DNA of 64,000 nt, from the NCBI RefSeq assembly GCF_009914755.1, contig NC_060928.1. The stretch is one strand, 5' to 3'. The first letter of the stretch is position 1. The number at the start of each line of letters is the position of its first letter. A program made the translations under genes and the position numbers. Below the pieces are notes generated by a model, which had not been told where the DNA came from, made no database searches, and saw only the letters and a program-made list of their open reading frames with translations. Positions 15,201-27,897 of the stretch are shown here, piece after piece. This stretch comes from the human T2T-CHM13v2.0 reference genome, Homo sapiens.

Positions 15201-17145
15201 AAATGCAAGAGTATTTGGGAGTCTCCCTGGAAGATCATTCCCTGAGTTGCCCAAGCCTTTTATTCTTAATTAGATGGGCAATGAGGAATCATTAAACGTG
15301 TTTTTCTCAGAGGAAAGGCAGAAGCAATTTATACTGCAGAAAGACGAATACATTAGCTATGTGCAAAATAGATGGGAGGGAGAATCAAGAATTTGGAAGG
15401 TTGGAAACCTATTTCTTGAAGTTGCTGCATTAACATAGTTATGAGGACAAAGGAAAATGAATTAGAGTGGTGTCAATGAGAGTATAAAACAAGCGATCAG
15501 ATCTTTGTCAGAACTGGCAAAAGTTGGGGACAATTGCAGAGAGTAAGAGAGGAAGAAGGGAGCACAAAAAATTTAGTTAAGAAAGGCCACATGATAGAGG
15601 TCAATTTCCTAATAAAAGTGACCTAAATTATTCTAAGAATCACATAACACCAAGAAATCAGTAAGTTCATTAAGTTTTCCTTAAATTGAGGTAACTGATA
15701 AGACATGTCAGAATGCTCACAGCTCTCCAGGCACTGGGGTCAAGAGTGGGGCTTAGACTTCAATGTTACTTATCTTAAATTCATCAGTAAGATCCATAAT
15801 GTTAACACACACTGCATTAGAGCTAACAGTTTGTTTTACAATTGATGGAGATGCCCTTCATCACTCCTTAAAAAAAGTAAGTGTTGGAGGAAAAAAACAT
15901 ATTTGAGAATGACCTCTTTTTTAATCAATAAGGACATGAACTCACCTCCTTTCACAGAAGAGAAAATCTTCATTTTTTTTCCTCTAATGCCAACATGCCA
16001 CACACTAGTTATGTGGCTTGGATAAGAAAGGCAACACGCTATGGTTAAACACACACTAAAACTGAGAACTCAGGTAACATTCATTCATTCATTCATTCAT
16101 TCAATAAGCCTTCCTTGAACATCCTCTTCATGCTAGGAACCATTCATGACCCTGTAGGGAAGACAGAGAAAATAACTTCAGGTGATAATAGTGAAAAATG
16201 AGACAACACAGTATATTAAGAGTGCAACTGAGGAACACAGGAAAGCTACTTTTGGCTATGGAAATTTCATGAAGGGAGTAAAATCTGAACCCCTTCTCAA
16301 GGGTTGAGCAGGAGTTTGCCATATGTATCCACCAAGGATGACTTTCCCAGTAGAAAGAACTGAGCCGCCATCAGCTCACTAAATCCCACTGGGTTGGCAT
16401 TTAAATGTTGTCTTTTGAAACCAATCTTGTAAATCTTAAATGCAAAAGTATTTCCTTCCAAAGAATAAAATATACATTTTGAGAAGAGATTAAGAGAGTT
16501 GAGGATGGTAGAAATTACTGTCTTTGGGATACATTAATAAGACATTTTATGAAAGCATAAAAGAGTTGAGAAAGAATCACATTTTCCACATTGATAGTTA
16601 AGTAATGTGGACAAATAAAGGACGTGTTTAGATAGCAGCCTATAAATTCAATATTTTTACAATGTACATGAGTTTTTACAGTTTTCTTCAATGGTTAATT
16701 CTTGTTTGTTTTACTGAAAAGCCCTTAATAATCTTAATTTTTTGAGTGCACAATTCAAGAATTCTGTTCAATTGTAGGGACATTTAAAAGCTTACTGATC
16801 TATCATTGTTTCAATCAATTATTAGAAGTGGAGCAGTAAGAGTTTGTCTTTTGAAATGGTAATTACTTGATTCTATACCACAATTCACAGTAAATGTATT
16901 AAGAAATAGTTTTTATTACATGTCCTTCAACTATAAAATTCTTAAAATGCTATAATTTCTTTAAGATGTAGGTTATACCATGTATTTTTAAGGATACCTT
17001 TTAAAAATGATGTATTGAAACAACATAGTTGGATTTGCACTAAATGATCTCTAAATTAGAATGATACAGCAGTCTTGAAAGAAAAAAAACAATCAAACTG
17101 CAATTTTCTGATCTTCATTAATCCATTCAATGCTCTTATGAAATA

Positions 17146-17791
17146 GAAGCAATTCTTATTATTCAAAATAGTTACATCTATAAAGTCACCATGAACACTG
17201 AATTAACAAATACTAAATCATTGCTCCTGAGGGAAAAATAAGAATAGGTTCCTGGGAGCCTCTGGCCACAATAATTTTATCAACCAATCAATGTAAAACC
17301 TTGCTTTATGTGTGTTTTTGTTTAAAGACACCTTATATAATCTATATTATTGATTCATTTACATTGAACTAATGGCCCACATTACTGTAATGGCTGATTG
17401 AAGCTTATATGACATATGTACTTTCTCCATATGGCACACCACAGCCTTCTTGTGCTTAAGAACACTAGACAGTACTTCAGCCCATGCTTGGGGACCATCG
17501 TAAACAGTGAAATTACCAACAAAAGTACACAAAATGTGAAAAACATGTCACTCAGTAGACTGTGGAAAGGACAGTTCTTTTTAGTATGAGAACTGAAATA
17601 AGAAGCCAGAGTTGCCTTGTTTATCCTCAGCTGGGAATGTGCAGATTAGGTGACTCACATTTTTTCACTCCATGCATGTTCAAGAATGACTGCAAAAGTG
17701 CCCCAGTATTGATTTGGAGGATACCAATAAATTTTAGCTAGTAGGTTGAATTTGCAAACACGGAGTCTTCAAAGAATGAAAATTTTGACTA
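17146..17791. mobile_element. MER82 (TcMar-Tigger) DNA transposon
   Basis: About 650 bp resembling remembered MER82 consensus (ctataaagtcaccatgaacactgaatta...tttaaagacacctta...cctcagctgggaatgtg...tttgcaaacacggag). Confidence 0.8.
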
Positions 17792-18052
17792 CAGTTATTA
17801 TTACTAATATTTAGTAAGGAAACAGAGACTCAGAAAGCATACATAATTCACACAAAGATATCCAGCTAGGAAATGGCTAGTTGAATAATTATTCAAACCT
17901 AGCCTCATGTAAGGACATTAGCCTTAACTCATTTTTCCAAATAGTGTGACAGAAGGATTAGGAACACAGGTTCTGGAACCTGAGTGTCTGAGTTCCAGTG
18001 TTAATGGTACCATTTATTAGCTGTTTGACCTTGAAATATAAGTTAACTCCTC

Positions 18053-20370
18053 TGATATGATTTGGCTGTGTCCCCACCCAAATTTCATCTTGAATTGTAG
18101 TTCCCATAATCCCCACATGTCATGGGAAGGACCAGATGGAGATAATTGAATCATAGGGGTGGTTTCCCCCATCCTGTTCTCCTGATAGTGAGTTAGTTTT
18201 CATGAGATCTGATGGTTTTATAAAGGACTTCTCCCATAGCTGGGCACTCATTTCTCTCTCCTGCTACCATGTGAAGAAGGACATGTTTGCTTCCCTTTCT
18301 TCCATGATTGTAAGTTTCCTGAGGCCTCCCCAGCTATGTGGAACTGTGAGTCAATTAAACTTCTTTTCTTTATAAATTATCCAGTCTCAGGCAGTTCTTT
18401 ATAGTAGAGTGAGACCAGACTAATAAAGTAAATTGGTACCAGGTATTGGGGCACTGCTGTAAAGATACACAAAAATGTGGACGTGACTTTGGAACTGGGT
18501 AACAGTAAGAGATTGGAATCATTTGGAGGGCTCAGAAGAAGACAGGAAAATGTGGGAAAGTTGAAACTTCCTTGACTTGGAGGGCTCAGAAGACAGGAAG
18601 ATATGGGAAAGTTTGGAACTTCCTGGAAACCTGTTGAAAGGCTTTGACCAAATTGCTGATACTGATATGAACAATAAAGTCTGGGTTGAGGTCATCTCAG
18701 ATGGAGATGAGAAACTTATTGGGAACTGGAGTGAAGGTCATTCTTGCTATGCAAAGAGACTGGTGGCATTTTGCCCCTGCCTTAGAGATCTGTGGAACTT
18801 TGAACTTGAGAGAGATAATTTAGAGTATCTGGTGGAAGAAATTTCTAAGCAGCAAAGCGTTCAAAAGGAAGCAGAGCAAAAATGTTTGGAAAATTTGCAG
18901 CTTGGTGATGTGATAGAAAAAAAAACATTTTTCTGGGGAGAAATTCAAGCCCCCTGCAGAAATTTGCATAAGTAACAAGGGCAAGACAATGGGAAAATGT
19001 CTCCAGGGCATGTCAGAGACCTTGATGGCAGCCCCTCTCATCACAGGCCCAGAGGCCTAAGAGAGAAAAAATGGTATTCTGGGGCAGGACCAGGGCCCCC
19101 CCTGCTGTGTGGACCTTGGGGACTTGGTACCCTGCATCCCAGCTGCTCCATCCATGGCTAAAATTGGCCAAGGTACAGCTCAGGTTGTTGTTTCAGAGAG
19201 TGCAAGCCCCAAGCCTTGTCAGCTTCCACATGGTGTTGGATCAGCAGCTGTACAGAAGGCAAGAACTGAGGTTTGGGAATTTCTGCTTAGGTTTCAGAGG
19301 ATGTATGGAAATGCCTGCATGTCCAGGCAGAATTCTGCTGCAGGGGCAGAGCCCTCAAGGAGAACCTTTGCTAGGGCAGTGCAGAGGGAAATATGGGGAG
19401 GGAGCCCCCACACAGAGTTCCCACTGGGGCACTGCCTAGTGTAGCTGTGAGATGAGGACCACCATCCTCCAGACACCAGAATGGTAGATACACCTACAAC
19501 TTGCACTGTGCATCTGGAAAAGACACAGACACTTAATGCCAGCCATGAAAGCAGCCAGGAGTGGGGCTGTACCCTGCAAAGCTAGAGGGCGGAACTGCCC
19601 AAGGTCATGGGATCCCACCTCTTGTATCAGTGTGACCTGGATATGAGACATGGAGTCAAAAGAGATAATTTGGGAACTTTATGGGTTAATGACTGTGCTT
19701 TTGGATTTCAGCCTTGCATGGGGCCTGTAGCCCCTTTGATTTGGCCAATTTCTCCCATTTGGAATGGGTGTATTTACCTAATACCTGTACCTCCATTGTA
19801 TCTAGGAAGTAACTAACTTGCTTTTGATTTTACAGGCTAATAGGCAGAAGAAACTTGCCTTGTCTCACATGAGACTTTGGACTTGGACTTTTGGGTTAAT
19901 GCTGGAATGAGTTCAGACTTTGGGGAACTGTTGGAAGGGCAAGATTGTGTTTTGAATTCTGAGGACATGAGATTTAGGGAGGGTTCAGGGGTGGAATGAT
20001 GTGATTTGACTGTTTCCCCACCAAAATCTCATCTTAAATTGTAATTCCCATAATCCCCATGTGTTAGGGGAGGGACTAAATGGAGATAACTCAACCATGA
20101 GGCAATTTCCCTTGTCCTGTTCTCATGATAGTGAGTTAGTTCTCACAAGATCTGATGGTTTTATAAGGGGTTTCCCTCTTCGCTGGGCACTCATTTCTCT
20201 CTTCTGCTGCTGTGTGAAAAAGAACATGTTTGCTTCCTTTTCTGCCATGATTGTAAGTTTCCTGAGGCCTCCCCAGCCCTATGGAACTGTGAGTCAATTA
20301 AACCTATTTCCTTTATCAATTACCCAGTCTCAGGCAGTCCTTTTTAGCAGTGTGAGAATGAACTAATATA
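18053..20370 (+). mobile_element. Near-complete THE1C/D-like MaLR provirus (LTR 18053-18427, internal region, LTR 19997-20370), inserted in a MIR
   Basis: Two direct LTRs, PBS-side gtaaattggtacc, PPT ggggtggaa before the 3' LTR; TSD tcctc/ccctc. Confidence 0.93.
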
Positions 20371-20644
20371 CCCTCCAAGCCTATTTATGTTAACAGGTTA
20401 AATGGAGACAGTAACAATCACTACATAATTGGAAGATTATGAGGATTAAATAAATGATGCCTATAAAGTGACTACCACAGTGCTTAGCATACAAAAGTGC
20501 CCAGTGGATGTTAACTACCTAAACTGTCTATTATTCTGTCTGTAGCCACTATATGTTGAATACCAACTGAATCAAACACTGAGCCAGGAAAGTGATATTT
20601 TACATACTCTTTCCCAACAACCTATGACAAGGGTAAAAACATTT

Positions 20645-23600
20645 TATAGAGAAGAAGGGGAATCAGGGAGTTGTTAATCAAAGATTACATAGTTTCACTT
20701 ATGCAAGATGAATAAATCCAAGCAATTTGGATTTATTCATTGGAATAAATCCAAGCAATGTACTGTATAGCACAGTGCATACAATTAACAATATGGTATT
20801 GTTTACTTAAATATTGTTAAGAAGGCTTTAGGACATTGGTCTAAGCAAAGATTTTATGTCTAAGACTTCAAAACTGCAGGCAACCAAAACAAAAATAGAC
20901 AAATTGAACTATACTAAACTTACAAGCATCTGCACAGCAAAGGTAACAATCCACAGAGTAAAGAGACAATCTGTAGAATGGGAGGAAATGTTTGCAAACT
21001 ATTCATCCAACCAGGGATTTATGTCCAAAATAAACAAGGAACTTAACAGCAAAAAAAAAGAAAAAAAAGTCAGATTAAAAAGTAGGCCAAGACTCTGAAT
21101 AGATATTTATCTAAAGAAGACATATAAATGGCCAAGAAGTATATGAAGAAAAGCCCAACATCGCTAATCATCAGGGTAATATAAATCAAAACCACAACAA
21201 GAGATAATCCCATTCCAGTTAGAATGACTGTGATATGGTTTGGATATGTTTCCCCACTCAAATCTCATCTTGAATTGTACTCCCATAATTCCCACAGGTT
21301 GTGAGAGGGACCTGGTGGGAGATAATTCAATCCTGGGGGTGGTTTCCCCCATATTGTTCTTATGATAGTGAGTAAGTCTCACGAGATGTGATGGTTTTAT
21401 CAGGGGTTTCTGCTTTTGCATCTTCCTCATTCTCTCTTTGCCTGATGCCATCCATGTAAGACATGACTTGTCCCTCCTTGCCTTCCACCATGATTGTGAA
21501 GCCTCCCCAGCCATGTGGAACTGTAAGTCCAGTGAAACCTCTTTCTTTTATAAATTGCCCAGTCTTGGGTATGTCTTTATCAGCAGCATGAAAACAGAAT
21601 AATAGAGTAAATTGGTACCAGTAGAGTGGAGCGTTGCTGAAGAGACACCCAAAAGTGTGGACGCGACTTTGGAACTCAGTAACAGGCAGAGGTTGAAACA
21701 GTTTGGAAGGCTCAGTAGAAGACAGGAAAATGTGGGAAAGTTTGGAACTTTCTAGAGACTTATTGAATGGCTTTGTTCAAAGTATTGATAGCAATATGAA
21801 CAGTAAGGCCCAGGTTGAGGTGTTCTCAGATGGACATGAGGAACTTGTTAGGACCTGGAACAAAGATGACTCTTGTTATGTTTTAGCAAAGAGACTGGCA
21901 GCATTTTGCCCTACCCTAGAGATTTGTGGAACTTTGAACTTGAGAGTGATGATTTAGGGTATCTGGTGGAAGAAATGTCTAAGCAGCAAAGCATTCAAAA
22001 GGTGACTTGGAGGCTGTTAAAAGCATTCAGTTTTATAAGGGAAACTGAGCATAAAAGCTTGAAAAATGTGCAGCCTGATGATGTGATAGAAAATAAAATC
22101 GAATTTTCTAAGGAGAAATTCAAGCTGGCTGTAGAAATTTGCAAATGTAACCAGGAGCCAAATGTTAATCCCTAAGACAATGGGGAAAGTGTCTCCAGTG
22201 GATGTCAGAGGTCTTCCTGGCAGCCTCTCCCATCACAGGCCTGGAGACCAAGGAGGAAAAAGTGGTTTTGTGGACGGGGCCCAGCGACCCAAGCTATGTG
22301 CAACCTAGGGACTTGGTGCCCTGCATCCTAGCTGCTCCAGCTGTGGCTGAAAGGGGCCAACATAGACATCAGGCCATGGCTTCAGAGGGCGCAAGCCACG
22401 CGCCTTGGCAGTTTCCATGTGGTGTTGAGCCTGTGGGGGCACAGAAGTCAAGAATTGAGGTTTGGGACCCTCTGCCTAGATTTCCAAAGATGTATGGAAA
22501 TGCCTGGATGCCCAGGCAGAAGTTTGCTGCAAGGGCAGGACTCTCATGGTGAACCTCTGCTAGGGCAAGGCAAAAGGGAAATGTGGGGTTGGAGCCCCAC
22601 ACAGAGTCCCTACTGGAGCACTGCCTAGTGGAGCTGTGAGAAGAGGGCCACCGTCCTCCAGACCCCAGAATGGTAGATCCACCTACAGATTGCACCATGC
22701 ACCTGGAAGAGCCACAGACACTCAATGCCAGACTGTGAAAGCAGCCAGGAAGGAGGCTGTACCCTGTAAAGCCACAGGTGCAGAGCTGCCCAATACCATG
22801 GGAACCTACTTCTTGCATCAGCATGAACTGGATGTGAGACATGGAATAAAAGGAGATCATTTTGGAGATTTAAGATTTGACTGCTGAGCTGGATTTCAGA
22901 CTTGCATGGCCCCTGTACCCCTTTGTTTTGGCCAATTTCTCCCATTTGGAATGGTTGTATTTACCCAATGCCTGTACCCCATTGTATCTAGGACATAAAT
23001 AGCTTGCTTTTGATTTTACAGGCTCATAGGCAGAAGGGACTTGCCTTGTCTCAGATGAGACTTTGGACTGTGGACTTTTGAGTTAATGCTGAAATGAGCT
23101 AAGACTTTAGGTGACCGTTGGGAAGACGTGGTTAGTTTTGAAATGTGAGGACATGAGATTTGGCAGGGGCCAAGGGCTGAATCATATGGTTTGGCCATGT
23201 GTACCCACCCAAATCTTATCTTGAATTATACTCTCATAATTACCAAGTTTGTGAGAGGGACCTGGTGGGAGATAATTGAATCATGGGGGCGGTTCCCCCA
23301 AACTGTGTTTGTGGTAGTGAACAAGTCTAATGATATCTGATGATTTTATCAGGGGTTTCTGCTTTGCATCTTCCTCATTCTCTCTTTGCCTGCTGCCATC
23401 CATGTAAAATGAGACTTGCTCCTCCTTGCCTTCTGCCATGATTGTGTGGCTTCCTCAGCCATGTGGAACTGTAAGTCCAATTAAACCTCTTTCTTTTGTA
23501 AATTGCCCAATCCTGAGTATCTCTTTATCAGCAGCATGAAAATTAACTAATACAGGCTGCTATCAGAAAGACAAAAAATAAATTCAGGTGAGGACACAGA

Positions 23601-23900
23601 GAAAAGAGAACTCTTATATATTGTTGGTGAGAATTTAAATTAATTAGTATAGACATGGAAAAGCATGGAGTTTTCTCAAAAATCTAAAAAGTAGAACTAC
23701 CATACAATCCAGCAATCCTACTCCTGGATGCTTATCCAAAGGGAAAAAAAGTCAGTTTATTGAAGAGACACGTATGCTCCCACATTTATATCAGCACTGT
23801 TCACACACAATAGCTAAAATATGGAATCTACCTAAATGTTCATCAATAAACTAATGGATAAAGAAAATGTAGTGTATATACACAACAAAATTGTACTCCA
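20645..23900 (+). mobile_element. Old L1MA fragments (3' UTR piece ~20645-20825; ORF2 3' piece ~20826-21230 resuming 23555-23900), split by THE1A
   Basis: Degenerate ORF2 peptide (ORF 20856-21098). The L1 sequence agaatg(g/a)ctg|ctatcagaaagacaaaaaata is continuous across the THE1 insertion. Confidence 0.8.
21231..23554 (+). mobile_element. Near-complete THE1A-like MaLR provirus (LTR 21231-21606, internal region, LTR 23182-23554)
   Basis: Matching LTRs with the ggggtttctgctt(t)tgcatcttcctcattctctct signature; TSD gactg/ggctg. Confidence 0.93.
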
Positions 23901-23904
23901 CCAG

Positions 23905-24164
23905 GAATCCTCTATAATGTGAATAGACATTGTCTAATCAGCTAAAGATCTTAAAAGCAAAGACTGAGGCTTCCTGAGGAAGAAGAAATTCTGTCTGAAG
24001 ACAGCAACATATAAATGTTTACTGTTTCCATCCTGCAAACCTGCCCTACAGATCTCAGATGTGCCAGTTCCCATAGCCGCATGAGCCACGTTATTAAAAT
24101 AAATCTCTTTAGATAGGTAGGTAGATTAGATAGATGACTGGTAGATGATAGATAGATGATAGAT

Positions 24165-24212
<48 letters not shown>

Positions 24213-24315
24213 CATAGATAGATAGATCAATCTAAAGAGAAATAGATATCTCTATCTGTGTGTTTGTGTATGTGGCCTATTGGTTCTGTTTCTCTGGAAA
24301 ACCTTGACAAATACA
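23905..24315 (+). mobile_element. MLT2C/D-like LTR 3' part
   Basis: aaagactgaggcttcctgaggaagaagaaattctg...cctattggttctgtttctctggaaaaccttgacaaataca. Confidence 0.75.
24111..24227. repeat. Interrupted (GATA)n tetranucleotide STR
   Basis: Long AGAT array read directly, lying within the MLT2 LTR. Confidence 0.97.
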
Positions 24316-24425
24316 GTGACCAACTATCCTGGTTTGCCCAGGAAAGAGGGGTTGTGTGGGACAGGAACATTTCAGTGATAAGATCAGGATAGTCATGATC
24401 AAACCAGGACAAGTTGCTCACACTA
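24315..24425. mobile_element. MER81/MER94-like hAT MITE
   Basis: Inverted ends gtgaccaactatcctggtttg ... caaaccaggacaagttgctcacacta. Confidence 0.7.
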
Positions 24426-25221
24426 AGTGGTTATTTTCTGCAGCAAATTGCCTGGTGTAAAGGAACATTATGTACATAGGTTTTCAGGATCGTTCCAATT
24501 ATTTCTGGAACAAGTGATCCAACCAATCACAAGTCAAATGATATTAACTTAGCACTACACTAGGTTTTGCGTGTGTATGTGTACCAATGATGTGAAAGCA
24601 AGGTAGTTCCAGAAGCTTCACAACACCGCAAAATGGAAAAACTGTCCCTATTAAACAATTACTCTCTCCCACTCCAAGATTTGCCTATTCTGCATATTTG
24701 ATATAAGTTAAATTTTTAAAATGTGGCCTTTGTGATCAAGGAAAAACTGAACACAAATGTTCATAGCAGCTTTATTTGTAATAGCAAAAACATGGAAACA
24801 TGCCAAATGTCCATCAACATTTGAGTATTGATGAAGAGATAAATAAAACTTGGTATATCCATACAAGGAATCATATTTGACAATGAAAGGAATAAGTGCT
24901 GATACATGCTACAACATGAATGAACCTTGAAAACATCATAATAAATGTACAAGATTTTACAAAGGAGTACACAGAAAAAATTTTTTTAAAAAAACTTAAA
25001 AACAATGTTCCTTCTGGACCACATGGCAAATTTTGCCAAAGTTCTTTCCTAACTATGTAGTTTCCCTATATTAGCGTTACTCTCCATGTACTGATCTTTT
25101 TAGAAACCACCTAAGAACTCTATTTCATTTCCAAAGGAAGCTTAGAAATGTAGGAGAATGGCTTTATTAATTTTATCTTCCAAATATCCAAATAATATTA
25201 TATACAAGTATGCACACTTGT

Positions 25222-27897
25222 TGTGGAGTGTTAATTAGGACAAAGAAGTCAGGTTGGCGGGACAAAGGCAAAGCAAAAGAGAAAGCAGATAAGCTACAAT
25301 TCTGCCTTCCTTTATGTATGGTTCAGGACACATAGCCCAGCTGTGCAAATAATTCACAATCTTCCTGCATCCAGATATCAATAGACCCCAGGCTGACAGA
25401 AAAATGCAAGTTAGCTCACTGCAACCTTGGCATTATTAGTGCTGCACAAAGCCCTCTTCAGCACACAGCACAAGCACCATTCTATAAAATCCCCAGAAAG
25501 GCTTCGTTTCCTGACAGTCAGCTCCTTTCTTGCTGATGTGCCCATTGCACCCTTGCAACATATTTTCACTCTTTCTCTAATAAATCTGCCTGTCTTTACC
25601 TACAACTGAGTCTCGGCAATTTGCAAAAGAAAGAGAGGTTTAATGGACACAGTTCCATGTGGCTGGTGAGGCCTCACAATTAAGGTGGAAGGCAAGGAGT
25701 AGTAAGTCACATCTTACACAGATGGAAGCAGGCAAAGAGAGAGCTTCTGCAGGGAAACTCCCTCATATAAAACCATCAGATCTTGTGAGACTTATTCACT
25801 ATCATGAGAACAGCAGGGGAAAGACCTGCCGCCATGATTCAATTAACTCCCACCAGGTCCATCCCACAACACATGGGAATTCAAGATGAGATTTGGGTGG
25901 GGACAGAGCCAAACCATATGATTCCACTCCTGGCCCCTCCCAAGTCTCACGTCCTCACATTTCAAACCCAACCATGCCTTCCTAACAGTCCCCCAAAGTC
26001 TTAACTTATTTCAGCATTAACTCAAAAGTCCAAGTCCAATGTCTCATCTGAGACAAGGCGTCTCTTTTGCCTATGAGCCTGTAAAATCAAAAGTAAGTTA
26101 GTTACTTCCTAGATGCAACAGTGGTACAGGCACTGGGTAAATACACCCATTCCAAATGGGAGAAATTGGCCAAAACAAAGGGGCTACTAGCCCCACTCTA
26201 GTTCAAAATCCAGTGGAGCAGTCAAATCTTAAAGCTCCAAAATGATCTCCTTTTATTCCATGTCTCATATCCAGTTCATGCTGATGCAAGAGGTAGGTTC
26301 CCATGGTCTTGGGCAGCTCTGCCCCTGTGGCTTTGCAGGGTACAGCCTCCCTCCTGGCTGCTTTCACAGTCTGGCATTGAGTGTCTGTGGCTGTTCCAGG
26401 TGCATGGTGCAAGCTGTAGATCTACCATTCTGGGGTCTAGAAGATGGTGGCCCTCTTCTCACAGCTCCACTAGGCAGTGCCCAGTAGGAACTTTGTGTGG
26501 GGTCTCTGATCCCACATTTCTCTTGTGCAATGCCCTAGCATAGGTTCTCCATGAAAGCCCTGCCCCTGCAGCAAACTTCTGCCTGGACATCCAAGCATTT
26601 CCATACATCTTCTGAAATCTAGGCAGAGGGTCCCAAACCTCAATTCTTGACTTCTGTGCCCCCACAGGCTCAACACCACATGGAAGCTGCCAAGGTGTGG
26701 GGCTTGCACCCTCTGAAGCCACAGCCTGAGCTGTACCTTGGCCCACTTTAGTCACAAAGGGAGCAGCTGAGACACAGACCACCAAGTCCCTAGACTGCAC
26801 TCAGCACGGGGACCCTTGGCCCGGCCCACAAAACTACTTTTTTCTTCTTGACCTCTCAGCCTGTAATGGGAGGAGCTGCCACAAAGACCTTTGACATATC
26901 CTGGAGACATTTTCCCCATTGTCTTGGGGATTAACTTTCAGCTCCTTGTTACTTATGCAAATTTCTACAGCCAGCTTGAATTTCTCCTTAGAAAATGGAA
27001 TTTTCTTTTCTATCACATTGTCAGGCTGCAAATTTTTCAAACTTTTATGCTCTGCTTCCCTTATAAAACTGAATGCCTTTAATAGCCCCCAAGTCACCTC
27101 TTGAATGCTTTGCTGCTTAGAATGTTTCCACCAGATACCCTAAATCATCTCTCTCAAGTTCAAAGTTTCACAAATCTCTAGCACAGGGGCAAAATGCCAC
27201 CACTCTCTTTGCTAAAACATAACAAGAGTTACCTCTACTCCAGTTCCCAACAAGTTCTTCATCTCTATCTGAGACCACCTCAGCCTGGACTTTGTCGTCC
27301 ATATCACTTTCAGCATTTTGGTCAAAGCCATTCAACAAGTCTCTAGGAAATTCAAAACTTTCCCACATTTTCCTGTATTCTTCTGAACCCTCCAAACTGT
27401 TTCAACCTCTTCCTGTTACCCAGTTCCAAAGTCGCTTCCACATTTTTGGGTATCTTTTCAGCAGCACCCCACTCTACTGGTACCAATTTGCTGTATTAGT
27501 CTGTTTTCATGCTGCTAATAAAGACACACCTGAGACTGGGAAGAAAAAGATGTTTAATGGACTTACAGTTCCACATGGCTGGGGAGGCCTCATAGTCATG
27601 GCAGAAGGCAAAGGGGAGAAAGTCATGTCTTACATGGATGACGGCAGGCAAAGAGAGAGAGTTTTTGCAGGGGAACTCTTCTTTTTCACATCATCAGATC
27701 TCATGAGACTTATTCACTGTTGTGAAAACAGCACGCAAAAACCCGCCCCCATGATTAAAATACCCCTCACTGGGTCCCTCCCACAACACGTAGGAACTGT
27801 GGGAGTTACAATTCTTGATGAGATTTGGGTAGGGACACAGCCAAACGACATTACCACCCATGCCAGTGGCCCATATGGTCTCTGATCACCTACAACA
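25222..27897 (+). mobile_element. ERV1-class solo LTR (LTR23-like), split into 25222-25608 and 27854-27897 by a THE1 provirus
   Basis: TG...CA ends, TATA-like ctataaaa and aataaa; perfect TSD cttgt at 25217-25221 and 27898-27902. Confidence 0.8.
25606..27853 (-). mobile_element. Near-complete THE1B-like MaLR provirus, antisense (5' LTR 27492-27853; 3' LTR 25606-25921 lacking its terminal ~40 nt)
   Basis: Reverse complement of the THE1 LTR and internal region; internal region is homologous to 21607-23181. Confidence 0.92.

Noticed and set aside
18522-18625. ~55-bp tandem duplication in the first THE1 internal region
   Set aside because: I recall this as a subfamily consensus feature, and the copies are diverged, so it is probably not locus-specific; unverified.
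18577-27885. ORFs of 70-197 aa in the THE1 elements
   Set aside because: Broken MaLR internal or LTR frames with stops and frameshifts; no intact retroviral gene.
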